Positions 19,948 through 30,010 are shown, numbered from the stretch's first letter. The stretch: 64,000 nt of DNA from an uncultured Gemmatimonadales bacterium (GCA_963751925.1 CAVVWJ010000002.1:1510560-1574559); one strand, 5' to 3'. Notes: generated by a model from the letters alone, not told the origin. Translations and numbers: made by a program.

Positions 19948-21441
19948 ATGCTTCGCCTGATCCTTGTCCTTACTCTGATACCCGCTTCACTCGCGGCGCA
20001 GATGGCCGCCCCACTCGCCAAAGCCGCCGAAACCATCACGGCCGCCGACGTGAGTCATCGCATCGGAATCGTAGCAGACGATTCGATGATGGGCCGAGAC
20101 ACCCCCAGCAGGGGCTTGGACATGACCGCCCAGTACGTGGCCGATCAGTTTCGCAGCTTTGGTCTCAAACCCGGGGGAGATAGCGGCTCCTGGTTCCAAC
20201 GCTATCCCATCACCCGCCGCCGTCTCGACCTCGAGCGCTCGCACGTCGTCTTTTCACTGGCTGGACGGAGCGACTCGGCGAGCTTCACCCACTCGGTACG
20301 CTATGACGGCGGGAGTGTGCCTGATAAACGCGTCAGTGGCTCGACTGTGCTGGTGGGAGGTCCCCAGACGGCAGAATCCGCGGCACAGATCGAGGTCAAG
20401 GACAAGGTGGTGCTCTACGTAACGCCGGTAAGTAATGAGCGAGGGGTCATTCAGCAGGTGCTCCGGGTTCTGTTTCTGGCGGGCCCCAAGGCTCTGGTCA
20501 TCTTGAGCAGCGCGGACTCAGCCACCTTCGGAGGCTTCGTCTCACGTCGCGCTCCCGAGCGGATCGTGATCGGCGCCCCAACCGAAAAACCCGTGTCGCT
20601 CCAACTGCAACCTGACCCTGTTTCGAGAATTCTCTCGGCAGCCGGCGTGGATCTCACCGCCGTGAGGAGGGCATCATCCCCTATATCTCGCAGGCTCCCG
20701 GCGCTCTCGGTCGCGATCGACATGAAGGATCAGGTGACGTCTTCGGCTTCGGCACCCAACACGGTGGGAATCCTGGAGGGCAGCGACCCGGCGCTCCGGA
20801 AGGAGTTCCTGGTCTACTCGGCGCACATGGATCACATCGGGATAACACCAGGCCAGGCCGACAGCATCAATAATGGCGCGGACGACGACGGCTCCGGCAC
20901 CGTGGGCGTCATGGAGTTGGCAGAGGCGTTCAGCCGGGGTCCCCGGCCGAAGCGGTCGATCATCTTCCTGACCGTAAGCGGCGAGGAGAAGGGACTCTGG
21001 GGGAGCAACTATTTTACGCTGCACCCACCGGTGCCGATCGGCCAGATCGTCGCTGACATCAACATCGACATGATCGGCCGCAACTGGCCCGACACGATCG
21101 TCGCCATCGGCAAAGAACACTCTGACCTGGGCGAGACTCTCAACCGGGTGAACTCGGCTCACTCGGAGCTGGGGATGACCGCAATCGACGACCGCTGGCC
21201 CGAGGAACGTTTCTACTTCCGGTCGGACCACTACAACTTCGCCCGCAGGGGCGTTCCGATCCTCTTCTTCTTCAACGGAGTGCACGAGGACTATCACGAG
21301 GTCACGGACTCACCTGAGAAGATCAACAGCGACAAGGAGTCCCGGATACTGCGGCTGCTCTACTTCCTGGGGCAGGACGTTGCAAACGCGAAAGCTCGGC
21401 CCAAGTGGAAGCCGGAGAGCTACAAGGAGATAGTTGAATAG
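19948..21441 (+). CDS. M28 family aminopeptidase with PA domain, secreted
   Basis: Signal peptide MLRLILVLTLIPASLAAQ, plus HMDHIG, NGADDDGSG, SGEEKGLWGS and HEDYH motifs. Confidence 0.85.
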   Translation: MLRLILVLTLIPASLAAQMAAPLAKAAETITAADVSHRIGIVADDSMMGRDTPSRGLDMTAQYVADQFRSFGLKPGGDSGSWFQRYPITRRRLDLERSHVVFSLAGRSDSASFTHSVRYDGGSVPDKRVSGSTVLVGGPQTAESAAQIEVKDKVVLYVTPVSNERGVIQQVLRVLFLAGPKALVILSSADSATFGGFVSRRAPERIVIGAPTEKPVSLQLQPDPVSRILSAAGVDLTAVRRASSPISRRLPALSVAIDMKDQVTSSASAPNTVGILEGSDPALRKEFLVYSAHMDHIGITPGQADSINNGADDDGSGTVGVMELAEAFSRGPRPKRSIIFLTVSGEEKGLWGSNYFTLHPPVPIGQIVADINIDMIGRNWPDTIVAIGKEHSDLGETLNRVNSAHSELGMTAIDDRWPEERFYFRSDHYNFARRGVPILFFFNGVHEDYHEVTDSPEKINSDKESRILRLLYFLGQDVANAKARPKWKPESYKEIVE

Positions 21442-21618
21442 AAAGGCGTGAGCGGGAGGAGCAAGAAAGCGTAAGCGGGGCGAAAACGTAAGCGGTGAGC
21501 GGGAAGCGGGAAACGGGAAACGTTCACTGAGGACCACTTCCCGCTGACGCCTTCCCCCCTCACGCGCTTCTTCCCCGCTCACGCTTTTTTGTTTTGTTTT
21601 CGCCCCCGCTTACGCTTT
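21441..21618. repeat. imperfect long palindrome of GCGT[GA]AGCGGG / CCCGCT[CT]ACGC units with an internal T-tract
   Basis: Left units lie at about 21446, 21469, 21486 and 21494, followed by AAGCGGG/AAACGGG heptamers. Right units lie at about 21540, 21557, 21573 and 21602. 21466-21488 is nearly the exact complement of 21594-21618. T-rich 21585-21600 follows CCCCGCTCACGC. Confidence 0.85.
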
Positions 21619-22555
21619 CGAGCCCCCCGTCCTGGTGAGCAACACGCCAGCTAATAATGAAGATCGCGCCGATCCCCTGCAGCGGGTGCGGGCGCTCACC
21701 CAGGAGAAGCCAGGCTCCACCCGCCGCGACCAGCGGAGTTAGGCACATGTAAATGGCCGTCCGGGTTCCCCCCACTGCCTTGACGCTTCGATTCCAGAGT
21801 AGATAGGCGATGACGAGGGAAAACACCGAGGCATAGGCCAATGCCCACCAGGCACTCGGCCGAACGGCGCCCCAGTCCAGCCGAGCCATGCCCGGCAGCC
21901 CCGCAAGGGCCAACCCCGGCGTTCCTGCCAGCGTAGTTATCGTGGTCACCCTGAGTGGGCTCACCCCGGCAGGAACGCTCCGCAAACCCAAGGTATAGCC
22001 GGCCCAGCAGAGCACACCGAGGACGGTCAGGAGATCTCCTGTTAGTGTGCCGGTCTCAAACCCGACACCCCTGGTCGCGATCACGAGTACCACCCCAACC
22101 GTTCCCAGGGCGATGCCCCAGCGCATCCTGCGAGTGATCCGCTCCAGTCCGGTGACGCCTGCAAACACCGCAACCACAGTGGGAACGGTAGAAAGAATGA
22201 GCGCGCTGTTGGTGGCGGTGGTACGGGCGAGTCCCAGGGTGAAGGCGAGCTGGTAGAAGGTATTTCCCACGACTCCCAGGATGATCAGTTTCTTGAGCCC
22301 TCCGGCCGGCAGCACCGCCGGCTGCTCCACGACCCGCAGGATGACCCAGAGAAGAACGCTCGACGCGACAAAGCGGACAGCCGTGAATGGCAGCGGAGGG
22401 ATGTCACCCAGCGCGAGCTTGGTTACGCCGAAGTTGAGACCCCAGATCAGGCACACCAGGAGCATGCCCAGATCGGCCGCCGCGAGGCCCCGCCGAGGGC
22501 TCGGTCGGGGCAACGTTGACGCAGTACTTCTGACGCTGGAATCGGTCTGTGTCAT
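21560..22555 (-). CDS. EamA/DMT family transporter
   Basis: Ten hydrophobic segments in two EamA-like halves. The last ~25 codons are encoded by the right arm of the palindrome. Confidence 0.8.
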   Translation of the reverse strand: MTQTDSSVRSTASTLPRPSPRRGLAAADLGMLLVCLIWGLNFGVTKLALGDIPPLPFTAVRFVASSVLLWVILRVVEQPAVLPAGGLKKLIILGVVGNTFYQLAFTLGLARTTATNSALILSTVPTVVAVFAGVTGLERITRRMRWGIALGTVGVVLVIATRGVGFETGTLTGDLLTVLGVLCWAGYTLGLRSVPAGVSPLRVTTITTLAGTPGLALAGLPGMARLDWGAVRPSAWWALAYASVFSLVIAYLLWNRSVKAVGGTRTAIYMCLTPLVAAGGAWLLLGERPHPLQGIGAIFIISWRVAHQDGGLESVSGGENKTKKRERGRSA

Positions 22556-22592
22556 CGAGCCTAAAGAGTAATCACTCCGCTATCTTCCCCCC

Positions 22593-24392
22593 ATGTCCCA
22601 GTCCAGAATTCGAAATTTCTGCATCGTCGCTCATATCGATCATGGAAAGTCCACGCTGGCCGATCGCCTGATCGAGGCGACCGGCGCCGTCGAGAAGCGG
22701 CAGATGCGTGACCAGCTGCTCGACACCATGGATCTCGAACGTGAGCGCGGCATCACCATCAAGCTCAATGCCGTCCGGATGAGCTATACGGCGCGCGACG
22801 GGTCCAGCTACGAGCTCAACCTGATCGACACGCCGGGTCACGTGGACTTCACCTACGAAGTCTCTCGCTCGCTTGCTGCTTGCGAGGGGGCCATTCTGGT
22901 GGTGGATGCTTCGCAGGGGATTCAAGCTCAGACACTGAGCAACCTGTTCCTTGCGATGGATGCCGGTCTCGACATCATCCCGGTGCTGAACAAGATCGAC
23001 CTTCCCGGAGCCGAGCCGGAGCGCCGCGCCGAGGAGATCATGAACCTGATTGGAGCGAAGCGAGACGAGATCCTCGCGGTATCCGCGAAAGAAGGGACCG
23101 GAGTTCCCGAGCTGCTGGAAGCGATCGTTGCCCGGGTGCCACCGCCACGCGGAACCCGGGACGCTCCGCTCCGAGCTCTCATCTTCGACTCATACTACGA
23201 TCGCTACCGGGGCGCGATCCCGAGCATCCGCGTGGTTGACGGTGTTGTCAGGGAAGGCACCGAAATCGTGTTCGGCGCGCATCCGGAGGAGGTCCATCAC
23301 GTAGACGAGGTCGGCTACCTGCAGCTGGGACAGCATCCCACGGAAGAGCTCGCCGCCGGCGAGGTCGGCTATGTGGTCGCCAGCCTGCGCGATGTTCGGG
23401 ATGCGCGGGTGGGCGACACCATCCTCGATGCTTCCAACCGCGCGGCCGAGCTTCTGCCGGGATATCGCGAGGTCAAGTCGATGGTCTTTGCCGGGGTCTA
23501 CCCTACCGACTCCGAGCAGTACGAAGGGCTCCGCGACGCACTCGAAAAGCTCCGCCTCAACGACGCGAGCCTTCACTACGAGCCGGAATCGTCCACCGCG
23601 CTCGGCTTCGGCTTTCGTTGCGGGTTCCTCGGATTGCTGCACATGGAGATCGTACAGGAGCGGCTGGAGCGCGAGTTCAATCTGGATCTCATCACCACCG
23701 TTCCGACGGTCGAATATCATGTGTACCGAACTGACGGCGACATGTTGCTGCTGGAAAACCCCAGCAACCTGCCTGACCCGGCCAGTATCGCTCGAATCGA
23801 CGAGCCCTACGTGAAGGCCCGGATCATGGCTCCGGTGGAGTACATCGGCGGAATCATGAAGCTGGGACAGGAACGGCGTGGGGTGTATAACGGAATGCAT
23901 TACATCGACACCGCCCGGGTGGAATTTGATTTCGAGTTTCCCCTGGGCGAGATCGTTCTGGACTTCTACGATAAGCTCAAGTCTCTGAGCCGGGGATACG
24001 CCTCCCTGGACTACGAGGCAGCGGATTACCGCGAGTCCGATCTGGTCAAGCTCGACATGCTGATCAACGGTGACCCCATCGACGCGTTCAGTGTGATCAT
24101 CCACCGTGACAAAGCCCAGGAATACGGCCGCAAGATCGCCGAGAAGCTGAAAGAGCTGATCCCGCGGCAGCTCTATCAGGTGGCGATCCAGGCAGCCATC
24201 GGCAACAAGGTCATCGCGCGAGAAACGATCTCGGCGTTTCGAAAGGATGTGCTCGCCAAGTGCTACGGCGGAGACATCACCCGAAAGCGCAAGCTCCTCG
24301 AGAAGCAGAAAGAGGGAAAGAAGCGGATGAAGCAGATCGGTGCAGTGGAGATACCGCAGGAGGCATTTCTCGCGGTGCTCCAGGTCGACTAA
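22593..24392 (+). CDS. lepA: elongation factor 4 (LepA)
   Basis: [33 protein letters not shown], and the characteristic LepA C-terminus ([16 protein letters not shown]). Confidence 0.95.
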   Translation: MSQSRIRNFCIVAHIDHGKSTLADRLIEATGAVEKRQMRDQLLDTMDLERERGITIKLNAVRMSYTARDGSSYELNLIDTPGHVDFTYEVSRSLAACEGAILVVDASQGIQAQTLSNLFLAMDAGLDIIPVLNKIDLPGAEPERRAEEIMNLIGAKRDEILAVSAKEGTGVPELLEAIVARVPPPRGTRDAPLRALIFDSYYDRYRGAIPSIRVVDGVVREGTEIVFGAHPEEVHHVDEVGYLQLGQHPTEELAAGEVGYVVASLRDVRDARVGDTILDASNRAAELLPGYREVKSMVFAGVYPTDSEQYEGLRDALEKLRLNDASLHYEPESSTALGFGFRCGFLGLLHMEIVQERLEREFNLDLITTVPTVEYHVYRTDGDMLLLENPSNLPDPASIARIDEPYVKARIMAPVEYIGGIMKLGQERRGVYNGMHYIDTARVEFDFEFPLGEIVLDFYDKLKSLSRGYASLDYEAADYRESDLVKLDMLINGDPIDAFSVIIHRDKAQEYGRKIAEKLKELIPRQLYQVAIQAAIGNKVIARETISAFRKDVLAKCYGGDITRKRKLLEKQKEGKKRMKQIGAVEIPQEAFLAVLQVD

Positions 24393-24396
24393 TAGC

Positions 24397-25443
24397 GTGA
24401 ACGGCCAACCGATCTCCGCTGCCCGTTCGCGCGTGCTGGTGATTCAGACCGCGTTCCTGGGTGACGTGGTCCTTACGACGCCGCTACTCTCGGCCCTCGC
24501 CGAACAGTATGGACCGGTGGATGTGGTCACGACTCCCGCCGCCGTGAGTCTGCTGGAACATCACCCGGCCGTGGCAGCTGTGATCCCCTACGACAAGCAT
24601 GGTGCCGCTCGTGGCTGGCGAGGTCTCCATCGACTTTCCTGTGAGCTGCGATCCCAGCGCTATGCCAAGGTCTATCTACCCCATCGCTCGCTCCGCTCGG
24701 CCGCTCTTGCGGTGCTGGCTGGTGCGCCCGAGCGCATCGGCTTCGATGACGGACCGGCCGTCATTACTTATACCAGAAAAGTTCGGCAGGCTCGGGGCCA
24801 TGAGGCCGAGCGGCTCCTGTCCCTCGCCGAGGCGCCTGGTGGGAGTGCCCCGCCCCGGGTCAGTCTCGGACTGACGGCGGCCGATCTGGCGGAGGCGGAC
24901 AGCTGGCTCGACTCCCATGGAATTGGTCCGAGGTTCGTCGCGCTTGCGCCCGGCTCGATATGGGGCACCAAGCGCTGGCCGTATTACCCAGAGCTTGCTG
25001 CCGCACTCGATCGGCCATCGGTTATTTTGGGAGGTGGCGATGACGTGCCCCTCGCCACCTCCATCGTCGCACGTGCTCCGAGACAAGCTGTAAGCGCCGC
25101 CGGCGCGTTGAGCCTGCGCGGCTCCGCCGCGCTGATCCAGCGGGCTGCCGTGCTGGTCACGAACGATTCCGCGCCCCTGCACCTGGCGACTGCGGTCGGG
25201 ACTCCCATCGTGGCTCTCTTCGGACCGACGGTCCCTGAGTTCGGCTTCGGCCCACGGCGAAAGGGAGACGTGGCGCTCGGCATGGCGGACCTCCCGTGCC
25301 GCCCGTGCTCCAAGCATGGGCCGCAGACCTGTCCGCTGGGGCATCACCGCTGCATGCGGGATCTCTCGGTCGAGGCAGTACGGTCGGCGGTGGCTGCTAT
25401 TACCAGTGCGGAGGATTCGCGTGCGATTTGTCCTCGGAATTGA
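24397..25443 (+). CDS. glycosyltransferase family 9 (LPS heptosyltransferase-like)
   Basis: RVLVIQTAFLGDVVLTTPLL N-terminus, GSIWGTKRWP and NDSAPLHLA motifs. GTG 24397 is chosen just after the lepA stop. Confidence 0.8.
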   Translation: MNGQPISAARSRVLVIQTAFLGDVVLTTPLLSALAEQYGPVDVVTTPAAVSLLEHHPAVAAVIPYDKHGAARGWRGLHRLSCELRSQRYAKVYLPHRSLRSAALAVLAGAPERIGFDDGPAVITYTRKVRQARGHEAERLLSLAEAPGGSAPPRVSLGLTAADLAEADSWLDSHGIGPRFVALAPGSIWGTKRWPYYPELAAALDRPSVILGGGDDVPLATSIVARAPRQAVSAAGALSLRGSAALIQRAAVLVTNDSAPLHLATAVGTPIVALFGPTVPEFGFGPRRKGDVALGMADLPCRPCSKHGPQTCPLGHHRCMRDLSVEAVRSAVAAITSAEDSRAICPRN

Positions 25444-26389
25444 CATTGGAGGGACCAATCTCGTAGTCGGGAGTGTGGCCGAGGACGGCTCCGCCTTGGT
25501 CGCGCTCGACAGCGAACCGACCCACGCTGAAGCAGGCGAGCGGGACGTGCTGGACCGGCTCATCGCGCTGGCGAAGCGTGTTATCGAACAGACCAAGCGG
25601 GAACGCCCCGGCTGCCAGATCCTGGGTGTAGGCGTAGGAGCGCCCGGCCCTCTCGATACCAAGAGCGGCGTGGTGCTCCTCACACCCAATCTGGGTTGGG
25701 TCAACCTTCCGTTGCGCCAGATCATTCACGAGCGGCTCGGCCTTACGGCCGCGCTCGATAATGACGCCAACTGTGCTGCGCTGGGTGAGTGGTGGATGGG
25801 GGCGGCGCGAGGGACTCGCACTGCGATCGGCATAACGATTGGGACCGGGATCGGCGGCGGAATCATCATCGATGGGAAGCTGTTCCACGGTGCGTCTGAC
25901 TGTGCCGGCGAAATCGGTCATACCACGATCGATACCGAGGGACGCCGCTGCAAATGCGGCAACTATGGCTGCCTGGAAGCCTACGCGTCGGGTCCCAACA
26001 TCGCGCTCCGGGCAATCGAGGAGATCGAGGCGGGTGCCGAAAGCAGTCTTGCCAAATATGTCGCGGGAGACCTCGAGCGTATCACCGCCCAGACGGTGTA
26101 CCAGGCTGCCCATGATGGCGATCAGCTGGCGCTGCAGGTCGTGAACGATACGGCCAAGTTTCTCGGTGCCGGCATCGCCAACCTGGTGAACGTCTTTAAT
26201 CCGGAAGCCGTGGTCGTCTGCGGCGGCGTTACCCTGGCCGGCGATCACCTGTTCGTACCCCTCCGCCGCGAAGTTGCCCGCCGGGCGTTCAAGCCCGCCG
26301 TCAGCGTGTGCCGAATCGTTCCCTGCGAACTCGTTGGGAGTGCGGGCGTGTACGGCGCCGCCAAGGTCTTTCTGGATAAGCGTGCCTAA
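25421..26389 (+). CDS. ROK family sugar kinase (glucokinase-like)
   Basis: VLGIDIGGTNL, GIGGGII, and the CxCGxxGCLE zinc motif (CKCGNYGCLEAY). GTG 25421 overlaps the GT9 end by 23 nt. Confidence 0.85.
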   Translation: MRFVLGIDIGGTNLVVGSVAEDGSALVALDSEPTHAEAGERDVLDRLIALAKRVIEQTKRERPGCQILGVGVGAPGPLDTKSGVVLLTPNLGWVNLPLRQIIHERLGLTAALDNDANCAALGEWWMGAARGTRTAIGITIGTGIGGGIIIDGKLFHGASDCAGEIGHTTIDTEGRRCKCGNYGCLEAYASGPNIALRAIEEIEAGAESSLAKYVAGDLERITAQTVYQAAHDGDQLALQVVNDTAKFLGAGIANLVNVFNPEAVVVCGGVTLAGDHLFVPLRREVARRAFKPAVSVCRIVPCELVGSAGVYGAAKVFLDKRA

Positions 26390-27374
26390 AGTCGGCATCA
26401 TAGGGTCCCTGGTATGGGACCTCATCCATGGAAGGGATCCACTGGCTTCCCCGGTCGAAGAATGGGGCGGGATCGCCTACGCGCTCGCGGGTCTGGATGC
26501 CAGCTTGACGCCGGACTGGGAGATCGTCCCTTTGATCAAGGTGGGACGGGATCTGAGTTCCAAGGCCAACGATCTACTGCGCGGTCTGCCGCGGCTGGCG
26601 CGGGGGGCGCGCTGCGTCGAGGTTCTCGCACCGAATAACCGAGTAGTACTCCATTACCACTCGTCGGAGCGGCGCGCCGAGCGCATGGCTGGTGGTGTCC
26701 CCGGCTGGACCTGGGCCGAGCTTGGGCCCATGGTGCAGGATCTCGACGCGATCTATCTCAACTTCATTTCCGGATTCGAGCTGTGTCTCGGGACGGCACA
26801 GGCGCTCAGGCAGGGCTTCCAAGGTCCCATTTACGCCGACTTTCACAGCCTGTTTCTGGGAATGCAGCAGGATGGCATGCGGGTGCTCCGGCCGTTGCCG
26901 GATGCGCCCAGCTGGTTCCACTGCTTTGACGTGGTGCAGCTCAACGAGGATGAGATGCAGCAGCTCTCACCCGATCCACTGTCCCTGGCGGCGCAGGCGC
27001 TCGGGGCCGGTGTCTCACTGCTGGCGGTGACATTGGGACCGCGCGGAGTGGCATACGTCGCGGCGCCGGGGTTCCACGGCTTCGCGCCCGAGGCTCGGGC
27101 GTTGCGTTTAGGCTCGCGGGCGAGCCTGTCACCGGCTTCGGTCGATATCGGTGTCGCTGTCAGGAGTGCATTGGTACCGGCATCCCAAGTCGAAAGCCTG
27201 GACCCGACCGGGTGCGGCGATGTGTTTGGAGCCGCTGCTTTCGCCCGGCTCCTGGCAGGCGATTCAGTCGAAGACGCCCTGCGCCATGCCACTCGGCTGG
27301 CCGGGCGGAATGCCGCGTTTCGGGGCGCGACCGGTCTGTCCCGCCATCTGCGTGGCGAGCTGGTCAGTCCATGA
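26382..27374 (+). CDS. PfkB family carbohydrate kinase
   Basis: The DPTGCGDVFGAA C-terminal PfkB signature. GTG 26382 overlaps the ROK stop by 8 nt. Confidence 0.8.
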   Translation: MPKVGIIGSLVWDLIHGRDPLASPVEEWGGIAYALAGLDASLTPDWEIVPLIKVGRDLSSKANDLLRGLPRLARGARCVEVLAPNNRVVLHYHSSERRAERMAGGVPGWTWAELGPMVQDLDAIYLNFISGFELCLGTAQALRQGFQGPIYADFHSLFLGMQQDGMRVLRPLPDAPSWFHCFDVVQLNEDEMQQLSPDPLSLAAQALGAGVSLLAVTLGPRGVAYVAAPGFHGFAPEARALRLGSRASLSPASVDIGVAVRSALVPASQVESLDPTGCGDVFGAAAFARLLAGDSVEDALRHATRLAGRNAAFRGATGLSRHLRGELVSP

Positions 27375-28273
27375 CGCGGATCATAGAAGTGCCGGCCTCG
27401 TTCGACGAGCGGACCTTCGACGGGTTCGCCGCCGGCTTCGGTGAATGGCCGCCGGAAGAGAGAGTGTTGATCGATGCCCGCAGTACCCAATGGGCATCCC
27501 CGTACGGGATGATCGGCATATTGACTGCGGGCCAGGCGATCGCGGAAGCCAAACGCGAGAAGCCGCTGCTGACCGTACCCACCAGTGAAGACGTGAAGCG
27601 CTACTGGGCTCGGGCCGGATTCTTTCACCACGCTGCGGAGCTGTTCGAGCTCCACGGCAAGGTGCCGCGCAGCACGACGACGGGCCCCTCGGATGTCTTG
27701 CTCGACGTGACGCCGGTCCGCGCGTCGGAAGACGTTCACAGCGTGGTGGACAAGATCTCCGAAGGAGCATCCCGCATCCTGCACGGCGAGCTCGGGCTCG
27801 AGATGAAGGCGACGCTCCGATTCAGTATGGCGCTTTCAGAGGCGTGTCAGAATATTGTGGAGCACGCCGGCACCAGTGGTTGGGTTGCGGTCCAGGCCTA
27901 TAGCTTCAGGCGCAAATTGGGCCGGCGAGTCGTGGTTATTGCCGTGAGCGACGCAGGGCTCGGCTTCCGCCGGTCGCTCGAAAGCACCCATGCCAAACGT
28001 TTCGGGGAGCGCTGGGGAGACGGGGCCGCGCTGGAAGCGGCCCTCATTCAAGGCGTGAGTCGGTTTCGGGACCCCGGACGTGGTCAGGGACTCGCATTCA
28101 TCAAACGCTTCCTCGATCAATGGGAGGGCAAGATCTCAATCCGCAGTGGTACTGCCCGATTGTCGATCGTGCCGCCATGGGATGAGGACGTGCCTTTAGC
28201 TGACCACCTTCCCTATTTTCCCGGAGCCCAGGTGCAGATCATCATCCCCGCGCAGCAAGCGGAGTCGCGTTGA
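27371..28273 (+). CDS. GHKL (HATPase_c, RsbW/SpoIIAB-like) ATP-binding protein with an uncharacterised N-terminal domain
   Basis: N-box SEACQNIVEHAG, G1 VSDAGLGF, G2 GRGQGLAF. The N-terminal ~110 aa contain LIDARSTQWASPYGMIGIL and RYWARAGFF. ATGA overlap with the PfkB stop. Confidence 0.7.
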   Translation: MTRIIEVPASFDERTFDGFAAGFGEWPPEERVLIDARSTQWASPYGMIGILTAGQAIAEAKREKPLLTVPTSEDVKRYWARAGFFHHAAELFELHGKVPRSTTTGPSDVLLDVTPVRASEDVHSVVDKISEGASRILHGELGLEMKATLRFSMALSEACQNIVEHAGTSGWVAVQAYSFRRKLGRRVVVIAVSDAGLGFRRSLESTHAKRFGERWGDGAALEAALIQGVSRFRDPGRGQGLAFIKRFLDQWEGKISIRSGTARLSIVPPWDEDVPLADHLPYFPGAQVQIIIPAQQAESR

Positions 28274-28806
28274 TCCAGACGATCCAGATCGGACATCTGC
28301 TTCGGGAAGCGGTCGCCGCTCCCTACCGGAACCTCGTCACCCGTCCTACCGGGGCCGCCGTGCGCTCGCGGATCGAACAAGCCCTGGCCCGGGCCAACGG
28401 ACTGACCGCACTTCTGGACTTCTCCGACATCGAGCTGGTAGACCTGAGCTGTGCCGATGAAGTAGTAGCCAAGCTGCTCCTGGCCGGCACCACCGCCTAC
28501 TTCGTCGTGCTGCAGGGGCTTCGCGAAGACCATCATGAGGCGATCGACCACGTCCTCATGCACCATCGTCTGGCCGTAGCAGCCGTGCCTCCGCACAGCC
28601 AGCGCCCCCGTCTGCTGGGCTGGGTCAGGCCGGACGCCCGAGAGGCATTCGGCTGTGTCTGCGGCCGCGGCCCTCTCTGCGTCGCGGACCTGGCGCGAGA
28701 TCTTGGCTGGCCGGAAACTCGTGGCCTGAACGCGCTGAGAGATCTGGCCTTTCACCGGCTGATCCGCCCCAGCGGCGAGTTGTACTACCCGCTCTTGCCC
28801 GCATGA
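28270..28806 (+). CDS. STAS-like (DUF4325-type) protein with a possible C-terminal winged helix
   Basis: LVTRPTGAAVRSRIEQAL...LLDFSDIELVDLSCADEVVAKLLL fits the DUF4325 pattern. The C-terminal PLCVADLARDLGWPETRGLNALRDLAFHRLIRP looks wHTH-like. TTGA overlap upstream and ATGA overlap downstream. Confidence 0.6.
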   Translation: MIQTIQIGHLLREAVAAPYRNLVTRPTGAAVRSRIEQALARANGLTALLDFSDIELVDLSCADEVVAKLLLAGTTAYFVVLQGLREDHHEAIDHVLMHHRLAVAAVPPHSQRPRLLGWVRPDAREAFGCVCGRGPLCVADLARDLGWPETRGLNALRDLAFHRLIRPSGELYYPLLPA

Positions 28807-29981
28807 CGCGGCCCCGCTTCGGCCTCTCTACCACCGCTATACACGGCACGCCTCACCGGAGACCGGACTGGTCGCCGATAGCGCCGGCATTGCTGCAGAG
28901 CAGCACCTTTGCCAATCCAGTCGGCTCCGATGACGAGGTGCTCTACAGCCGTTATGGCAACAATCCCAATCAGGTCGAGCTGGCAAAGAAGTATGCCCTG
29001 TTGGAAGGAGCCGAGACGTCGATCTTCGTCGCCAGCGGAATGGGTGCCACAGCGCTGGCGCATCTGGCGGTGCTCCGCCCGGGTGACCACCTGATCTCGA
29101 GCACCTGGATTTACGGCGGGACCCAGAAACTCTTCGATGACCAGCTGGCGCAGTTCGGCATCGACGTTACCTACGTCAGTCCGGAACAGGTGCGGCTCTG
29201 GCGGAAATCGGTGCGCAAGGCCACTCGCGCCATCTTCGTCGAGACGCCGACCAACCCGCTCATGCGGGTGGTGGATCTCGCCCCGATTTCGTATGTCGCC
29301 AAGGAGTTTGGATTGGCGCTGCTGGTCGACGCGACGTTCGCCAGTCCGATCAACTTCCGGCCGATCGAGCATGGCGCGGATGTGGTCATCACCAGCGCCA
29401 CGAAGTACCTCAATGGCCACAGCGATGTCATTGCGGGAGCCGTGGCCGGCACGACCCCGTTCATCGACGAAGTGAATCGTCTCATGCGGCTCTGGGGGCA
29501 ATCGATCGACCCGCACGCGGCCTGGTTGATCGATCGAGGGATGAGGACGCTTGCCGTCCGCATGGAGCGGCACAATGTCAACGGAATGAAGGTCGCCCAG
29601 TGGGCCGAGCGCCACGCCGGCATCACCAAAGTCCATTATCCCGGACTGGCTTCTCACCCGGATCATGCGCACGCCAAGGCGGTCCTGGCCGGGTTTGGAG
29701 GGATGGTGGGACTCGAGGTAAAAGGCGGCGCCAAGGCAACGGAGCGGATGCTCAAGCGTCTCAAGCTCATCACCCATGCGCCCAGCCTCGCCGGCGTCGA
29801 AACGCTGATCTCCGAACCGCGGCTGACATCTCACAAGGGGATCGGCGCCGAAGGCCGAGCCAAGATCGGGATTCCGGACGGATTCCTTCGCCTGAGCTGC
29901 GGAATCGAGGACGCGGAGGACATCATCGGAGATCTGGAGGAAGCGCTGGAGTCCGGCTCGGTTCGAAAATCGGCGGTCTAA
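28803..29981 (+). CDS. Cys/Met-metabolism PLP-dependent enzyme (cystathionine gamma-synthase / beta-lyase family)
   Basis: YSRYGNNPN, SATKYLNGHSDV (PLP lysine) and LAGVETLIS motifs. Confidence 0.85.
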   Translation: MTRPRFGLSTTAIHGTPHRRPDWSPIAPALLQSSTFANPVGSDDEVLYSRYGNNPNQVELAKKYALLEGAETSIFVASGMGATALAHLAVLRPGDHLISSTWIYGGTQKLFDDQLAQFGIDVTYVSPEQVRLWRKSVRKATRAIFVETPTNPLMRVVDLAPISYVAKEFGLALLVDATFASPINFRPIEHGADVVITSATKYLNGHSDVIAGAVAGTTPFIDEVNRLMRLWGQSIDPHAAWLIDRGMRTLAVRMERHNVNGMKVAQWAERHAGITKVHYPGLASHPDHAHAKAVLAGFGGMVGLEVKGGAKATERMLKRLKLITHAPSLAGVETLISEPRLTSHKGIGAEGRAKIGIPDGFLRLSCGIEDAEDIIGDLEEALESGSVRKSAV

Positions 29982-30010
29982 AGTCGAGGGCCTAACGTCT
30001 AGCTGCGCTT

